In this document: piece after piece, positions 52,323-64,000 of the stretch | Numbering within the stretch: position 1 is the stretch's first letter | How the letters are laid out: each line of letters opens with the position of its first letter | From: Octopus sinensis | Lineage: Eukaryota | Assembly: GCF_006345805.1 (NCBI RefSeq) | Contig: NC_043008.1 | Span: forward strand, 41,726,001-41,790,000 | DNA length: 64,000 bases | Direction: 5' to 3' | Position numbers and translations under genes: made by a program | The notes under the pieces: generated by a model | What the model saw: only the letters and a program-made list of their open reading frames with translations | Told to the model about the DNA's origin: nothing | Database searches by the model: none

Positions 52323-53004
52323 CATCGTTCAATCATATGATTATATAAATAATATATATATGCATATATAAATACATATATGTACATACATACAAATGTC
52401 GATATATGCATATATGTGTACAGGACATCACAAAACGTAAACAACATGAAATTCGAAAAAAACATATGTATACATATATACATATATATATATACTCACA
52501 CATACATACACCTATATGTATCTATGTTTAGATATACGTATATATGTATATGTATATTTGTATATATATATATACATACATTGGCCTGCTCGCTTAGCCA
52601 GCGGAGTGGCGTCATTCGAAGGCTAAAACAATGCGAACGCAATGTGACTAGCGATGTGTAACAACATCTGATGGTCTGGTCGGTCACGTGATCACATGAT
52701 ATACATACATACAAGCAAACATATATACGTGTGTATATACGCACGTTTGTGCGTGTGTGCGTGTGTGTGCATGTGGTTGTTTATTTGTAACAGATTAAAA
52801 TATGTGTATATATATATATATATACACACGCATATATAAACATATATATATATATACATTATATATATATATATATATATATAATGTATATATATATCAT
52901 TGTTATAATTAGTACATATTTATTTTATAAATGCACATCAACACGACGAAGGACTCAATGTAAGCTGAACTAATAAGCCGCGATATGTCGAGGGATTACT
53001 GTAT

Positions 53005-53072
<68 letters not shown>

Positions 53073-53089
53073 GCACACATAGTGCATTC

Positions 53090-53560
53090 CAGACATTTTG
53101 ATTCCTTTTCAGAAGAGACATTTACTCACAGCAAATATCTCCAAAGCTTTAATCTCACTCTTTGAAGGGTCCTGTGATTTCAATGCATTTGTTGCAGTAC
53201 TGCAGCCACTTACTGTAGGCCTCACGGAAGTCTTCAAATGTCAAGGATTTGAGAACGCTACTCATAATTTCCTTCATATTCTCCTTCAGTCCAGGGAAAA
53301 AACCAAGCCTCACAATGTTTGCACTCCAGAGAGGATGAGGGATAATTTTGATACCCATTTTTGTGAAGTTGTTGGTTACCAGTCGAGAATTGTGGAGTGG
53401 TGCAGGAGCTGCGGCCTATTTCTGAACTCTCTGAAAACCTCCATTAATTACTCTCTGTTGAACGTCTGATCAGAGGAAACCCACTTGTAGATATAGATGA
53501 TGCTCTTGCTGTCAACAAATAACATATTCATGAGCCTCCCTGTTGACTTGTTTATATCAG
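53090..53560 (-). mobile_element. Mariner transposase relic
   Basis: LMNMLFVDSKSIIY..EVFREFR..MGIKIIPHP..FFPGLKENM..FEDFREAYSKWLQYCNKCIE; frameshifted and deleted. Confidence 0.8.
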
Positions 53561-54677
53561 CTAAAAAACAGATGTTCGCTTTATGAATGTTAATCCGTTG
53601 GCATCTGGAGCATTAGTTTTGGTGGCGATTTTGCCCAATTTAACACAACACACGAACTTCCAAATTGTCTTCTCGACCCGACTGCGTTCGGCAAAAGAGT
53701 CATAAGTGGTAAGAAGGGTTTAAGAGGCTGCGTTCAAAGTAGTGTTAAAGTTATCTCCTTTAATCTAGAATATCAGAAGCTGATCAGTCAGACTATTATA
53801 TGTCTAGTAGTGATATATTTAAGTTATGACCGCTTCTTGTTAAAAAAATATTCAAAATCACGGGAATGCATCGCGTGTGCACACACATAAGCGTATACAT
53901 GCATATACAAACACACAAACACACGACATACATATATACATACATACATACATACATACATACATACATACATACATACATACATACATACATACATACA
54001 TAATTATATACATGCGTATGTACGTACGTACGTACATGGGTAATCGCAATTAGCGTGGGCAGGATTTCAGCTTAACGCTGAGATTGCAACTGTCATAAAA
54101 CATTTCGTCTGGCTATTTATAGAGACTATAATCAGATTGTGTTTTTGTACATGAATATTATATGGCTTTACACAAAATCCAAAGCCAATTATTGTAAATG
54201 CATTAGCTTAAACTCAGTTCACTGACGCAAGTGAGGGCACAAATGACTGATTCGCTAATGCAATTAGATGCAAAGCAATATTTCAAATGTCCCTGTCGTG
54301 TAAGCAGTATTACACGATAAGGTACTTAACTCTAGAAAACTCTGTATCTCTCTCTCTCTCCCACTTTCCATTTGCCCCACTCTCTCTCTTTTTCTCTCGC
54401 GTTTTCTTTGCCTCTCTCTCTATCTGTATCTGTATATCTATCTAATTGTCAGCGACTTTATTTCTCTGACACAATACTGATTTGTTTTCTCAGATTTCAG
54501 CATTAAGTTGAATTCAGATGAAACGTTTTGCGATAGGCTAATTTGCTCTGTTGCGATATGTTTACCTTACAGATTAATATGATGGAATCTATAGATAAAC
54601 TACAATCCTATGGATTCTTGTGAGTTGATAAAGAGCTAGTGATTTGAATACATATTTAGTATTTTTTGGTGTTTAAA

Positions 54678-54875
54678 GCAGCGAGCAAACAGATTCGTTA
54701 GCACACCAGACAAAAGGCTTAGCTCCATTTTGACCTTATTTACGTTCTGAGTTCAAATACCACTAACGTCGACTTTGTCTTTCAACTTTCCGGGTATCGT
54801 TAAAATAAGTACCAGTCGATGGCATCGACTTACCCCTTCTCCTAAATTGGTTGGTCATGTGACACAATTTGCCAG
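54678..54875 (+). mobile_element. tRNA-derived SINE, family B, diverged
   Basis: gcagcgagc..attcgttagcacacc head, gagttcaaatacc, aaataagtaccagtcg. Confidence 0.75.
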
Positions 54876-54909
54876 CAATATTTAATGTGCTTATTTTCTT
54901 CATTTTAAT

Positions 54910-55296
54910 CCTCTTTTATCTTTTAATTTTATATTTCCCAGTCATTAAATCGCGGCCATTCTGGAGCACCGCCTTGAAGGAATTTTAGTCGAGTGAATCG
55001 GCTCCAGTACTTACTTTTTAAAGCCCGGTACTTATTCTAGCGTCCTCCTTTGCTGAATCGCTTGTTACGAGTGACGCGGGGACATAAACACACACACACA
55101 CACACACTTATATATATATATAGATCGGTAGCCACTACACACAATTTTTTTCTCTCCTGGTTTTTCCTGTGTCCCTTTCTGTAGAAGAGCGTAGGCTCGA
55201 AACGTAAAAGACTTTTTCAATTCCTGAGCGTTATACTAATACATCTGTTTGTTTTCTACACCACATGTCTTCATCTTTTTTTTTTTCGCGAACTCT

Positions 55297-55385
<89 letters not shown>

Positions 55386-55557
55386 ATATATACACGACAA
55401 GCTTCTTTCAATTTCGGTCTACCAAATCCACTCGAGAGGCTTTGGTCAACCCGAAGATATAAAAGACACTTATCTAAGGGTCCCAAGGAGAGAGACTGAA
55501 CCCAGAATCATGTGATTACGATGAAAGTTTCTTGCTGCACAGCCACATCTGCGCCTA
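54910..55557 (-). mobile_element. SINE family A split by an insertion in its internal microsatellite
   Basis: Tail half 54910-55100 (ctggagcaccgcc), head half 55391-55557 (ctaccaaatccac...cacagccacatctgcgcctat). Confidence 0.8.
55122..55300 (+). mobile_element. Short (TA)n-embedded element with a hammerhead-like motif (probable Penelope LTR fragment)
   Basis: gatcggtagccactacacac...ctttctgtagaagagcgtaggctcgaaacgtaaaagac...; a near-identical copy lies at 56405-56590. Confidence 0.75.
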
Positions 55558-55924
55558 TTGTATCAAAATGGAATATGTGTACAATGCAGCTTAAACTTTA
55601 TACGGTAACACATTCATAGTACTTTGAAATTATTTCGATGGAACTGTAGCAATCAACTAAAATCCTATTGAACAAAATCTCTTCAATTTTCATTTGACAA
55701 CTGGTCGTGATTATTATGGAGACAACTAGCTACGGCTTCAGATTCCATATCTTTTGTTGGTTTCTCACGCTTTGACATATAGATAAGCACAGGCAGACGA
55801 CACATAACCTTTATGCAAATTTCTAACTTTATGTTAAGTAACAGCCAACCTCATGGCTATGTAAGAAAACTACAGCAGATTACGTAGGTGATGCTTACTG
55901 CTTTCTTATACCGCTTACTTACAG

Positions 55925-56059
55925 GATCATTGAATAAAATATTGACAATGAAATGTCCTGAAATTATGGAAATGGGACTTGAACAATTAGATTTTATAAC
56001 TGGTGAACAATTTCATCTCCAACTGTCGCATTACAAATATGTTAGCAATTGTCAACAAG
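55925..56059 (+). CDS. Candidate coding exon (xSLNKILTMKCPEIMEMGLEQLDFITGEQFHLQLSHYKYVSNCQQ)
   Basis: Acceptor ctgctttcttataccgcttacttacag|GA, donor AAG|gtaacg, 135 nt, only one frame open; no homology recognised. Confidence 0.35.
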
Positions 56060-56337
56060 GTAACGATGATGTAAACAGATGTGTGATGAAATAAGTCGTA
56101 ACTTTTTCACATATTTACAGTAATAATTCATTTCAAAACGAATATCGTTTCTTAACGGCTTTTTCAACGTTAAACGGATAAAAAGTAAATGTATCTTCTG
56201 ATGAGAATGTAGTCCATATAATGTAGTAATGTAGGATTGCATGTTGTTAGGCCTATTTCTCACAGCTTCATAAACGGATGCACATAGAAAAAAGAGCCAT
56301 TCCTACTATTATACACATTTCTGTATGTATGTATTTA

Positions 56338-56384
<47 letters not shown>

Positions 56385-56404
56385 TATATATATATCGCCA
56401 CGAT

Positions 56405-56595
56405 AGATCGTTAGCCACTACACACATTTTTATCACCTTTTTTCTCTCCTTGTTTTTTTCTGTGTCCCTTTCTGTAGAAGAGCGTAGGCTCGAAACGTAA
56501 AAGACTTTTTTTCTATTCCAGAGCGTTATACTAATACATCTGTTTGTTTTGTACGCCACCCGTCTTCGTCTTTTGTTTTTTTCGTAAACTCTGCC
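56405..56595 (+). mobile_element. Second copy of the short hammerhead-like-motif element
   Basis: Core motif identical to 55175-55212; flanked by (TA)n on both sides. Confidence 0.75.
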
Positions 56596-56689
56596 TTAAT
56601 ATATATATATATATATATAATATATATAAGGATGAAATTATCTAAGCATCGGGTACCAGGTAGTTACCCGGTGAAGCACGTTCACTGTC

Positions 56690-57040
56690 TATGGCTACTT
56701 GACGTCATCCACTGTCAATTATCACTGGATCTACCCCTGCAATTCTTCAGCGTTCTTCGAGTATATAACAAATGATATAGAAAAAAATGGAATATTCGAG
56801 AAGCTTTATTGCTCACAATAAAGGGTTTAAACCTACTTTCACCAAAAATATGCTGTATGAAACCCGAGTTAAACCGGGTTTATTTAACGAGACGCCCATT
56901 GTAAAATCCCCTGATGAGGCATCTCTGCACCGAGGAATGCACCACAACCGGTTGTACAGCATGCCACCCGCAAAGGATCGATGCAGGATGGGTCGAAATG
57001 ATCGTAGTGAGGAATGCAGTTTCTCCTATATTCCATTTTC
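56690..57040 (+). mobile_element. Possible Penelope-like 3' end relic with a hammerhead-like motif
   Basis: FSVLRVYNK*YRKKWNIREALLL..KPELN loosely resembles GIY-YIG ORF C-termini; CTGATGA at 56911 and GAAA at 56995. Confidence 0.35.
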
Positions 57041-57892
57041 CGTTATAACCATTTGTTTTGTATGTCTATATATATACATACATACATGCACACATACATA
57101 TGCATATATATATATACACATATATACACACATATATATATGCATACACACACATATATATACATACACACACATACTCACACATATATATATGTTTGTG
57201 TGTATATATAAAATGCATATATATATTTCTATATAGGTATCGCTTTTCCCCTGCATGAATATGAAATACAATAACACAATATCGCGTAAGTGTTAACTAC
57301 ATCTATATATCATGATTTGATTTTGACTCAGACGGTTTGTAAGATCGTATTTAATCCAACGTAATAATACATGGTGAGATACTGCAAATTAATTGATTGT
57401 TAGGAAAGTTGGCGATATATACCGTTAAGTAATATGATACTGTTGGCATTGTCTATAAAAGTGTTCTGAAAATCTAGAATTATCAAAAACAGTGACGATA
57501 GGTAAATGAGTATTGGAGGTATATGCTAATTCGATATATACGTCATCGTATGACAGATATTTAAAATAAAATAGTCTATTTAAAATCATCTAATAAGCAA
57601 TGGGAATGTCTGCGAAGCGTAATTTCTCAGGTGGAGACAAGTAGAGATAAATTCTAATTAAGAATATAGTAATCGCAATAATTACAATAATAAATTATAA
57701 TTTATCTGATAGTTAATAATTACTAGTCAATTATGAACTGTAGATAATTCTGTTCTGCAGGTTTTTGGAGGGCGGAGTTATGCTGAATATATCTGTCTTA
57801 AAGTAGAATATGTATGTGATATGTGTGAGTAAGCGTGCGCAAGAATGTCATTGTATGTGAGTGGGCGTACATGTGTATACATATGTACACAT

Positions 57893-57930
<38 letters not shown>

Positions 57931-59127
57931 GTATTTATATATATACATATAAGTGCGTGTGTGTGTGTGTGAGACTATGTATATGTATGTTACTAAATTC
58001 ATGTATATGTTCTAATTTGTATAATACTTATTCAAGGAATTCATAATATCGTATGGATTCCTTACATTGTGTTCGGAGCAATAAATTGACTAAAACTATC
58101 ACTTATATTGTTTACATAAATTATTTCCATCTGCTATAAAAGAGGCAGTTGTCAATACAAATAGAAGGTAACATGCTAGAGGTGAGATTATGAAAGACTA
58201 CTGAAAGATTAATGAGAGATTTGCCCTTTATCTTCTCGGAGTCAATTAAATAGACGTAATCGACTTAATCCCTTCCTCTAAATTTGAGGCCTTGCGCTTC
58301 CAGTAGAAAGGATTATTATACATACGTACATACAGATAGACAAAAACTGAGGGATTAGATAGATAAAATAGAACAATTGCTAATACTTTAAGCAGCATAT
58401 ACAAAGTTAAAAATCCAATCTCGAAAAGTGAAGAATAGTACATGGTAATTGAAGGTAACATTTTCTACCCCACTTTACCTAAAATGAAAGAATTTTATTA
58501 AAATTTTATTTGCTATCCGCATTTATATAGATATACATATACCTTAGGCGTATATTACGTGTCATATATTCATTACAGTAATGCCAAACGTACACGAACA
58601 CACATTTTATATATCTATCTATTTGTATAGATGTCTGTATGTGTTGCTTAGCCGCAGGTCAGCTTTATACGATATATATACTGATATATATATATATACA
58701 TACATACGGAAATATGCATACGCACACATTCGTTACCCCGAAATACGGGTTTACTTTTTAGCCTATATATTTTAATATGATCATGTTTGCATATGCGTGA
58801 GTATGCATGCATTTGCAATGCATGCATCTCTATAATATACAAAAGTGTATAGGTGAATGTTATGAGAATTTGCTGCACATTTCATTTCTAGAATACTATT
58901 TTGCCTTACAGAATAACTATTCCCTCGAAATAGATACCATATATATTCGGTAATCCTACAGCATTTTAGTATAGTAGCTCTACTCTGATTTAATATCAGC
59001 CATCATGGAGAATATAAAAATTGGTTCCATTCTTATATATTGCGAAATTTTCATGTTAGCAAACGACATCACGTATTAAATTTGGAGTTTGAAATCCCTG
59101 ACGATTCTTCACAATGTAATTTACAAG

Positions 59128-59177
59128 TATATTTACTGCATTCTCTACCAATATTTTTCAACGATGAATGCGCGAGT
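59128..59177 (+). CDS. Candidate short exon (xYLLHSLPIFFNDECAS)
   Basis: ttacaag|TA acceptor and consensus donor AGT|gtaagt; phase compatible with 55925-56059. Confidence 0.2.
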
Positions 59178-59534
59178 GTAAGTCTGGTGTATACGGTTTT
59201 GTATGTGTATGTAATTATACTTATATATATATATATATGTGTGTGTATGAGTTTGTGTGAGTATACTATATATATATATATATATATATATACACGCACA
59301 TATATATACATATATATACATGGTAAAATTCATATACATAAAAATAATATATATAAGCATAAATTTATATCTACATCAATTTACTTGTACATATGTGTGC
59401 GTGTGTCTGTCTGTTGCATTTATATATTTTTATAAATATGTGAGCATGTGCATGCTTGAAGATATATATATACAAACATGCCTTGTGTGCGCATGTATAT
59501 ATATATACATATATATATATGCATATATATATAT

Positions 59535-59575
59535 ATACGTATATATATATATATTAATATATATATACATATGTT

Positions 59576-59623
<48 letters not shown>

Positions 59624-59751
59624 AAAGGCAATATGTTTATGTAGCCTGTAATCTCATAAATGTAAAAGTACAAAATACGTAATAAACAAGTTCTTTGTAA
59701 ACATGGATCGAGTTTAAATATCACTAGGGAATAATAATAAGAATAATAATG

Positions 59752-59820
<69 letters not shown>

Positions 59821-59846
59821 TAATAATAATGATAAAAATAATGATG

Positions 59847-59904
<58 letters not shown>

Positions 59905-60076
59905 TAATAATGATAATAATAATAATAATGATAATAATAATAATAGTAGGTCTTACACAATCAAAACTATTATGACTACGGTGATGATCATTGTTGTTCT
60001 CATAGTCAGAAAAGCCAATTATGATTTGCTGCGTTGCTAACATTACATTATTTAACAATACACACATACACATATA

Positions 60077-60122
<46 letters not shown>

Positions 60123-60358
60123 AATATATATATATATATATTTACATATACACATACATATATAAAAGAATATATATAAATACATATATACATATGCATA
60201 TATATGCATATATATATATATATACATACACATATATATATATATATATACATATATACACATATATATAGATATATATATATATATACGTATATATATA
60301 TACATATGTATCAATATAAATATACGTATGTATATATATTAATATATATACATATGTT

Positions 60359-60404
<46 letters not shown>

Positions 60405-60532
60405 AAAGGCAATATGTTTATGTAGCCTGTAATCTCATAAATGTAAAAGTACAAAATACGTAATAAACAAGTTCTTTGTAAACATGGATCGAGTTTAAAT
60501 ATCACTAGGGAATAATAATAAGAATAATAATG

Positions 60533-60568
<36 letters not shown>

Positions 60569-60621
60569 TTAATAATAATAATAATAATAATAATATAATA
60601 ATAATGATAAAAATAATGATG

Positions 60622-60682
<61 letters not shown>

Positions 60683-60857
60683 TAATAATGATAATAATAA
60701 TAATAATGATAATAATAATAATAGTAGGTCTTACACAATCAAAACTATTATGACTACGGTGATGATCATTGTTGTTCTCATAGTCAGAAAAGCCAATTAT
60801 GATTTGCTGCGTTGCTAACATTACATTATTTAACAATACACACATACACATATATGC

Positions 60858-60907
<50 letters not shown>

Positions 60908-61087
60908 TATATATATATTTACATATACACATACATATATAAAAGAATATATATAAATACATATATACATATGCATATATATGCATATATATATATATAT
61001 ATACATACACATATATATATATATATACATATATACACATATATATAGATATATATATATATACGTATATATATATACATATATGTA
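59535..61087. repeat. Tandem duplication with a ~780-bp unit
   Basis: Unique cores 59621-59728 = 60402-60509 and ~59944-60070 = ~60722-60848 are identical; only microsatellite lengths differ. Confidence 0.92.
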
Positions 61088-61226
61088 CTTATAAATATAT
61101 ACATATATATACATATATATATATGCATATATATATACATATACACATATATATACATATATATATATATTTACAAATATATGCATACTTATATACACAT
61201 ATATACATATAATTACATTTATACAT

Positions 61227-61280
<54 letters not shown>

Positions 61281-61515
61281 ATTATAATTTGATGCTAGAA
61301 AATATTTGTTCTTTTGGATGGGATATCATGAGTCACTCTGATCAGTTTAAATACTTTTTCATTCGCACTTTTAACTGGAGTTTTTTCATGAGACCAAATA
61401 TTAGTACTTCAATATTTATTCAGGCATGATTCAGTCGTGACCTATAAAGAAAAATAGTATTGATATAAAAAGAATCATATATATATATATATATATATAT
61501 ATCCATATGTTTATA

Positions 61516-63870
61516 CAGGCATACCTCACCCCACATCGTTAACTGGTTCCTACTTGATTTAAATTATCTTCCCTCTAGGCTAGGCTAAGTCGAAATTACT
61601 TGTCTTTCGGCTAAACCGATAATGGCCATGCCCAAGTCTGTAGTGTCTCTATGAATGCATTTTCGATAATACATGGTTAATATAAACCTATTTTAAGCTT
61701 ACAAACAATTTTTTTTCATACAGTACATTAAAAAAATGTAATCTAAATTTACTAATACAATTTGACAGTGTTTACCGTACTTTGCGGACGCTTTATTTAT
61801 GAATGCCTTTTGCAATAAGACATAGTCAAATAAAAGCTTTTTGTAAGCTTAAAAAACATATTCAGTAATTATTATTATTAGTGGCAATAGTAAAAAAAAC
61901 TAAAGTATTTGGTGTTTTACATCGCGGATGTAGATGGATCGTCAACATCAACGGCTGACTCTGGCTATTCTTGTTGTTCGATGCGTTTAAAAGACCGGTT
62001 GAGAATTCCTTAAACTGTCTTTGTCTTCTTTTCCTCAAGGATTACATTTTAAGGAACAAATCGTTTGTGACAAGCCCCCATAATCTTTGAAATGCGTCGA
62101 GCATTTGGTTCCATATCCGCAAACATAGTAAGACCTCTTTCGATATATGCAAATGCTTGCTGCATTTTCTTAATGGTAAAGTGACGTGGCTCAGGTTCGA
62201 CTTCCTCTTCTTCTTTATTTTGCTGCTCGTGAAGCTCTATCAAACCCTCTTTCGTCAGGGGTTACTTGTCTTTTTCAAATAAATCTGCGAAATCTTCCTC
62301 TTCCAAATCTATTTCCAGTTCTTTGCTCAGTCATGAACGTTCTGTTGATGGCAACATTTTCAAACCCCTTGAAATCATTCACGAATTGCAGGCAAAGCTT
62401 CTCCCATACACTATTCATAGCCGTTCTCTGTACATCATTCTATGCGCTGATATGTTCTGTGCAGCCTTGTAGATATCGTATCGCTTTCATAAGTCACAAA
62501 GTGTGATAAACTCATCAAGATCAATAGCAGCTATTACTTGCCGCAGCGTAAACTTCATATAGTAACGCTTGAAGATAGCAATTATTCTATGATCTGTTGG
62601 CTGCAGAAGAGACGTGGTGTTCTGAGGAAGATATGCGACGGTAACGTTGGGGTCAAAATCTTTGATGTTTTGCGGGTGGCCAGGCGCATTATCTACGATA
62701 AGTAAAACATTAAAAGAAATCCCCTCCTCCTTACAGTACTTCTCTCCTGCTGAAATAAAATGATTGAAGAACTAATCTTCAAAAACAACGACAGTAACCA
62801 TGCTTTTGAATTAGCTATCCATATAACAGGTTGAGATGCATTGGATATGTTCTTCAAAGCACGGGAGTTGTGTGCATGATACACAGGCAATGACTTTAAC
62901 TTTAAATCTTCTCCACAATTACCTCCCAACATAATGGTCAAACGTTCTGTTCAGACCTTGTAGCATGGAATAGCTTTCTCATTGTTAGAAATGAATGAAC
63001 GGTGTGGCAATTTTTTCCAATAAAATCCAGATTTTTCTACGTTAAAAGTCTATTCGGGAAGAAACCCTTTTTCATCGATGATTTTCTATAATGCATTAGG
63101 AAATTCCGCTGCTGCTTATTCGTCAGCTGATGCACACTCACCTTGATTCTTAATTGATTGATAACGTCGTTCCTCAAATCTCATGAACCATCCCTGACTT
63201 GCTTTCAATGTTATACACTTTCTCTCGAATGATTTCTTGATGATTCCACCTAAAAATCCAAAGAGAAAGAAGACGACTTTCCATTTCTTCAAAGATATTT
63301 GCCTCTTTTCTTACTGATGATGGTCTTCTTCATCCCTGAGGCTTCACATTTGCTATGGCCTAAAATCTTGTCCTTATCATGTATAATCATCGATACAGTT
63401 GTCTGACTCATCCCAAAAAGTCGTGCATTTGCGACCACTTTTTCACCTTTTTCATGGCCTTTAATCACAGCTAGTTTATATTCCAGCGTTATAATATGAT
63501 GCTCAGCACTTTCTCTATGAAAGTTCTTAGGAGCCATGGGGGAAAATAAATCACAAATGAATGAAAATGAGAAAGTAACAGATAAATTGACGTAAACAAA
63601 TCTGAATTCAAAACAATCGTGGGTATCATGAGTGACAACGACACCTAAGGGTAGATATTGGAACTACAGGGCGATATAAGCTCCGAAAGACCGATAAATA
63701 AGACAACACAGCTAATTTTATGATTTTCATCACTAAGATACGCTACTTTATGGTGTGTATCTTAACATTTACTGTACGTATTTTAATATGATTTTATATG
63801 CTTTTACTCTTATTTATTTTACAGTAACATGATTTTATGTGCTTTTAGCGGCTTTCTAGTGATTTTTACA
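61516..63870 (-). mobile_element. Tigger/pogo DNA transposon relic (CENP-B-type HTH + DDE_1)
   Basis: TA|CAGGCATACCTC terminus at 61516. Minus strand gives MAPK..ITLEYKLAVIKGHEKGEK..FGMSQTTVSMI, TFNVEKSGFYWKK, LTIMLGGN, LLIVDNAPGHP, LPQNTTSLLQPTD, with several stops and frameshifts. The other TIR is not seen. Confidence 0.92.
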
Positions 63871-63939
63871 CACACACACAAACACATATAGATACATACA
63901 TATATACATACATATATGTATATCCATATACATATATGC

Positions 63940-63971
<32 letters not shown>

Positions 63972-64000
63972 GCAGATACATATACATACATATATACACT

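Overview
Eukaryotic, AT-rich, essentially non-coding DNA with a very high load of microsatellites ((TA)n, (CA)n, (TACA)n, (AAT)n, (GATA)n) and transposon relics. The SINE families and repeat landscape look like an octopus (coleoid cephalopod) genome; this is pattern recognition, not a database result. Almost every ORF in the supplied track is a microsatellite artefact. Supported content: about 20 tRNA-derived SINEs of at least four families; a decayed Penelope-like element (RT + GIY-YIG) interrupted by a SINE; 3' fragments of CR1/L2, RTE and L1/Tx1 LINEs; a DD41D Tc1/mariner deletion derivative with perfect TIRs; two mariner relics; a Tigger/pogo relic; a 299-bp MITE with ~85-bp TIRs and an 8-bp TSD; and a tRNA-Arg(ACG) pseudogene. 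No intact host gene is recognisable, only weak candidate exons on the + strand. The most unusual signals are (i) a 280-bp inverted repeat with 279/280 identity (50173-50874) whose left arm contains a splice-signal-bounded 90-nt open exon candidate, a possible ADAR or splicing-control hairpin, and (ii) short (TA)n-embedded elements carrying a hammerhead-ribozyme-like fold with a variant core, plus a second hammerhead-like motif with an extended stem II. No CRISPR arrays or prokaryotic features.
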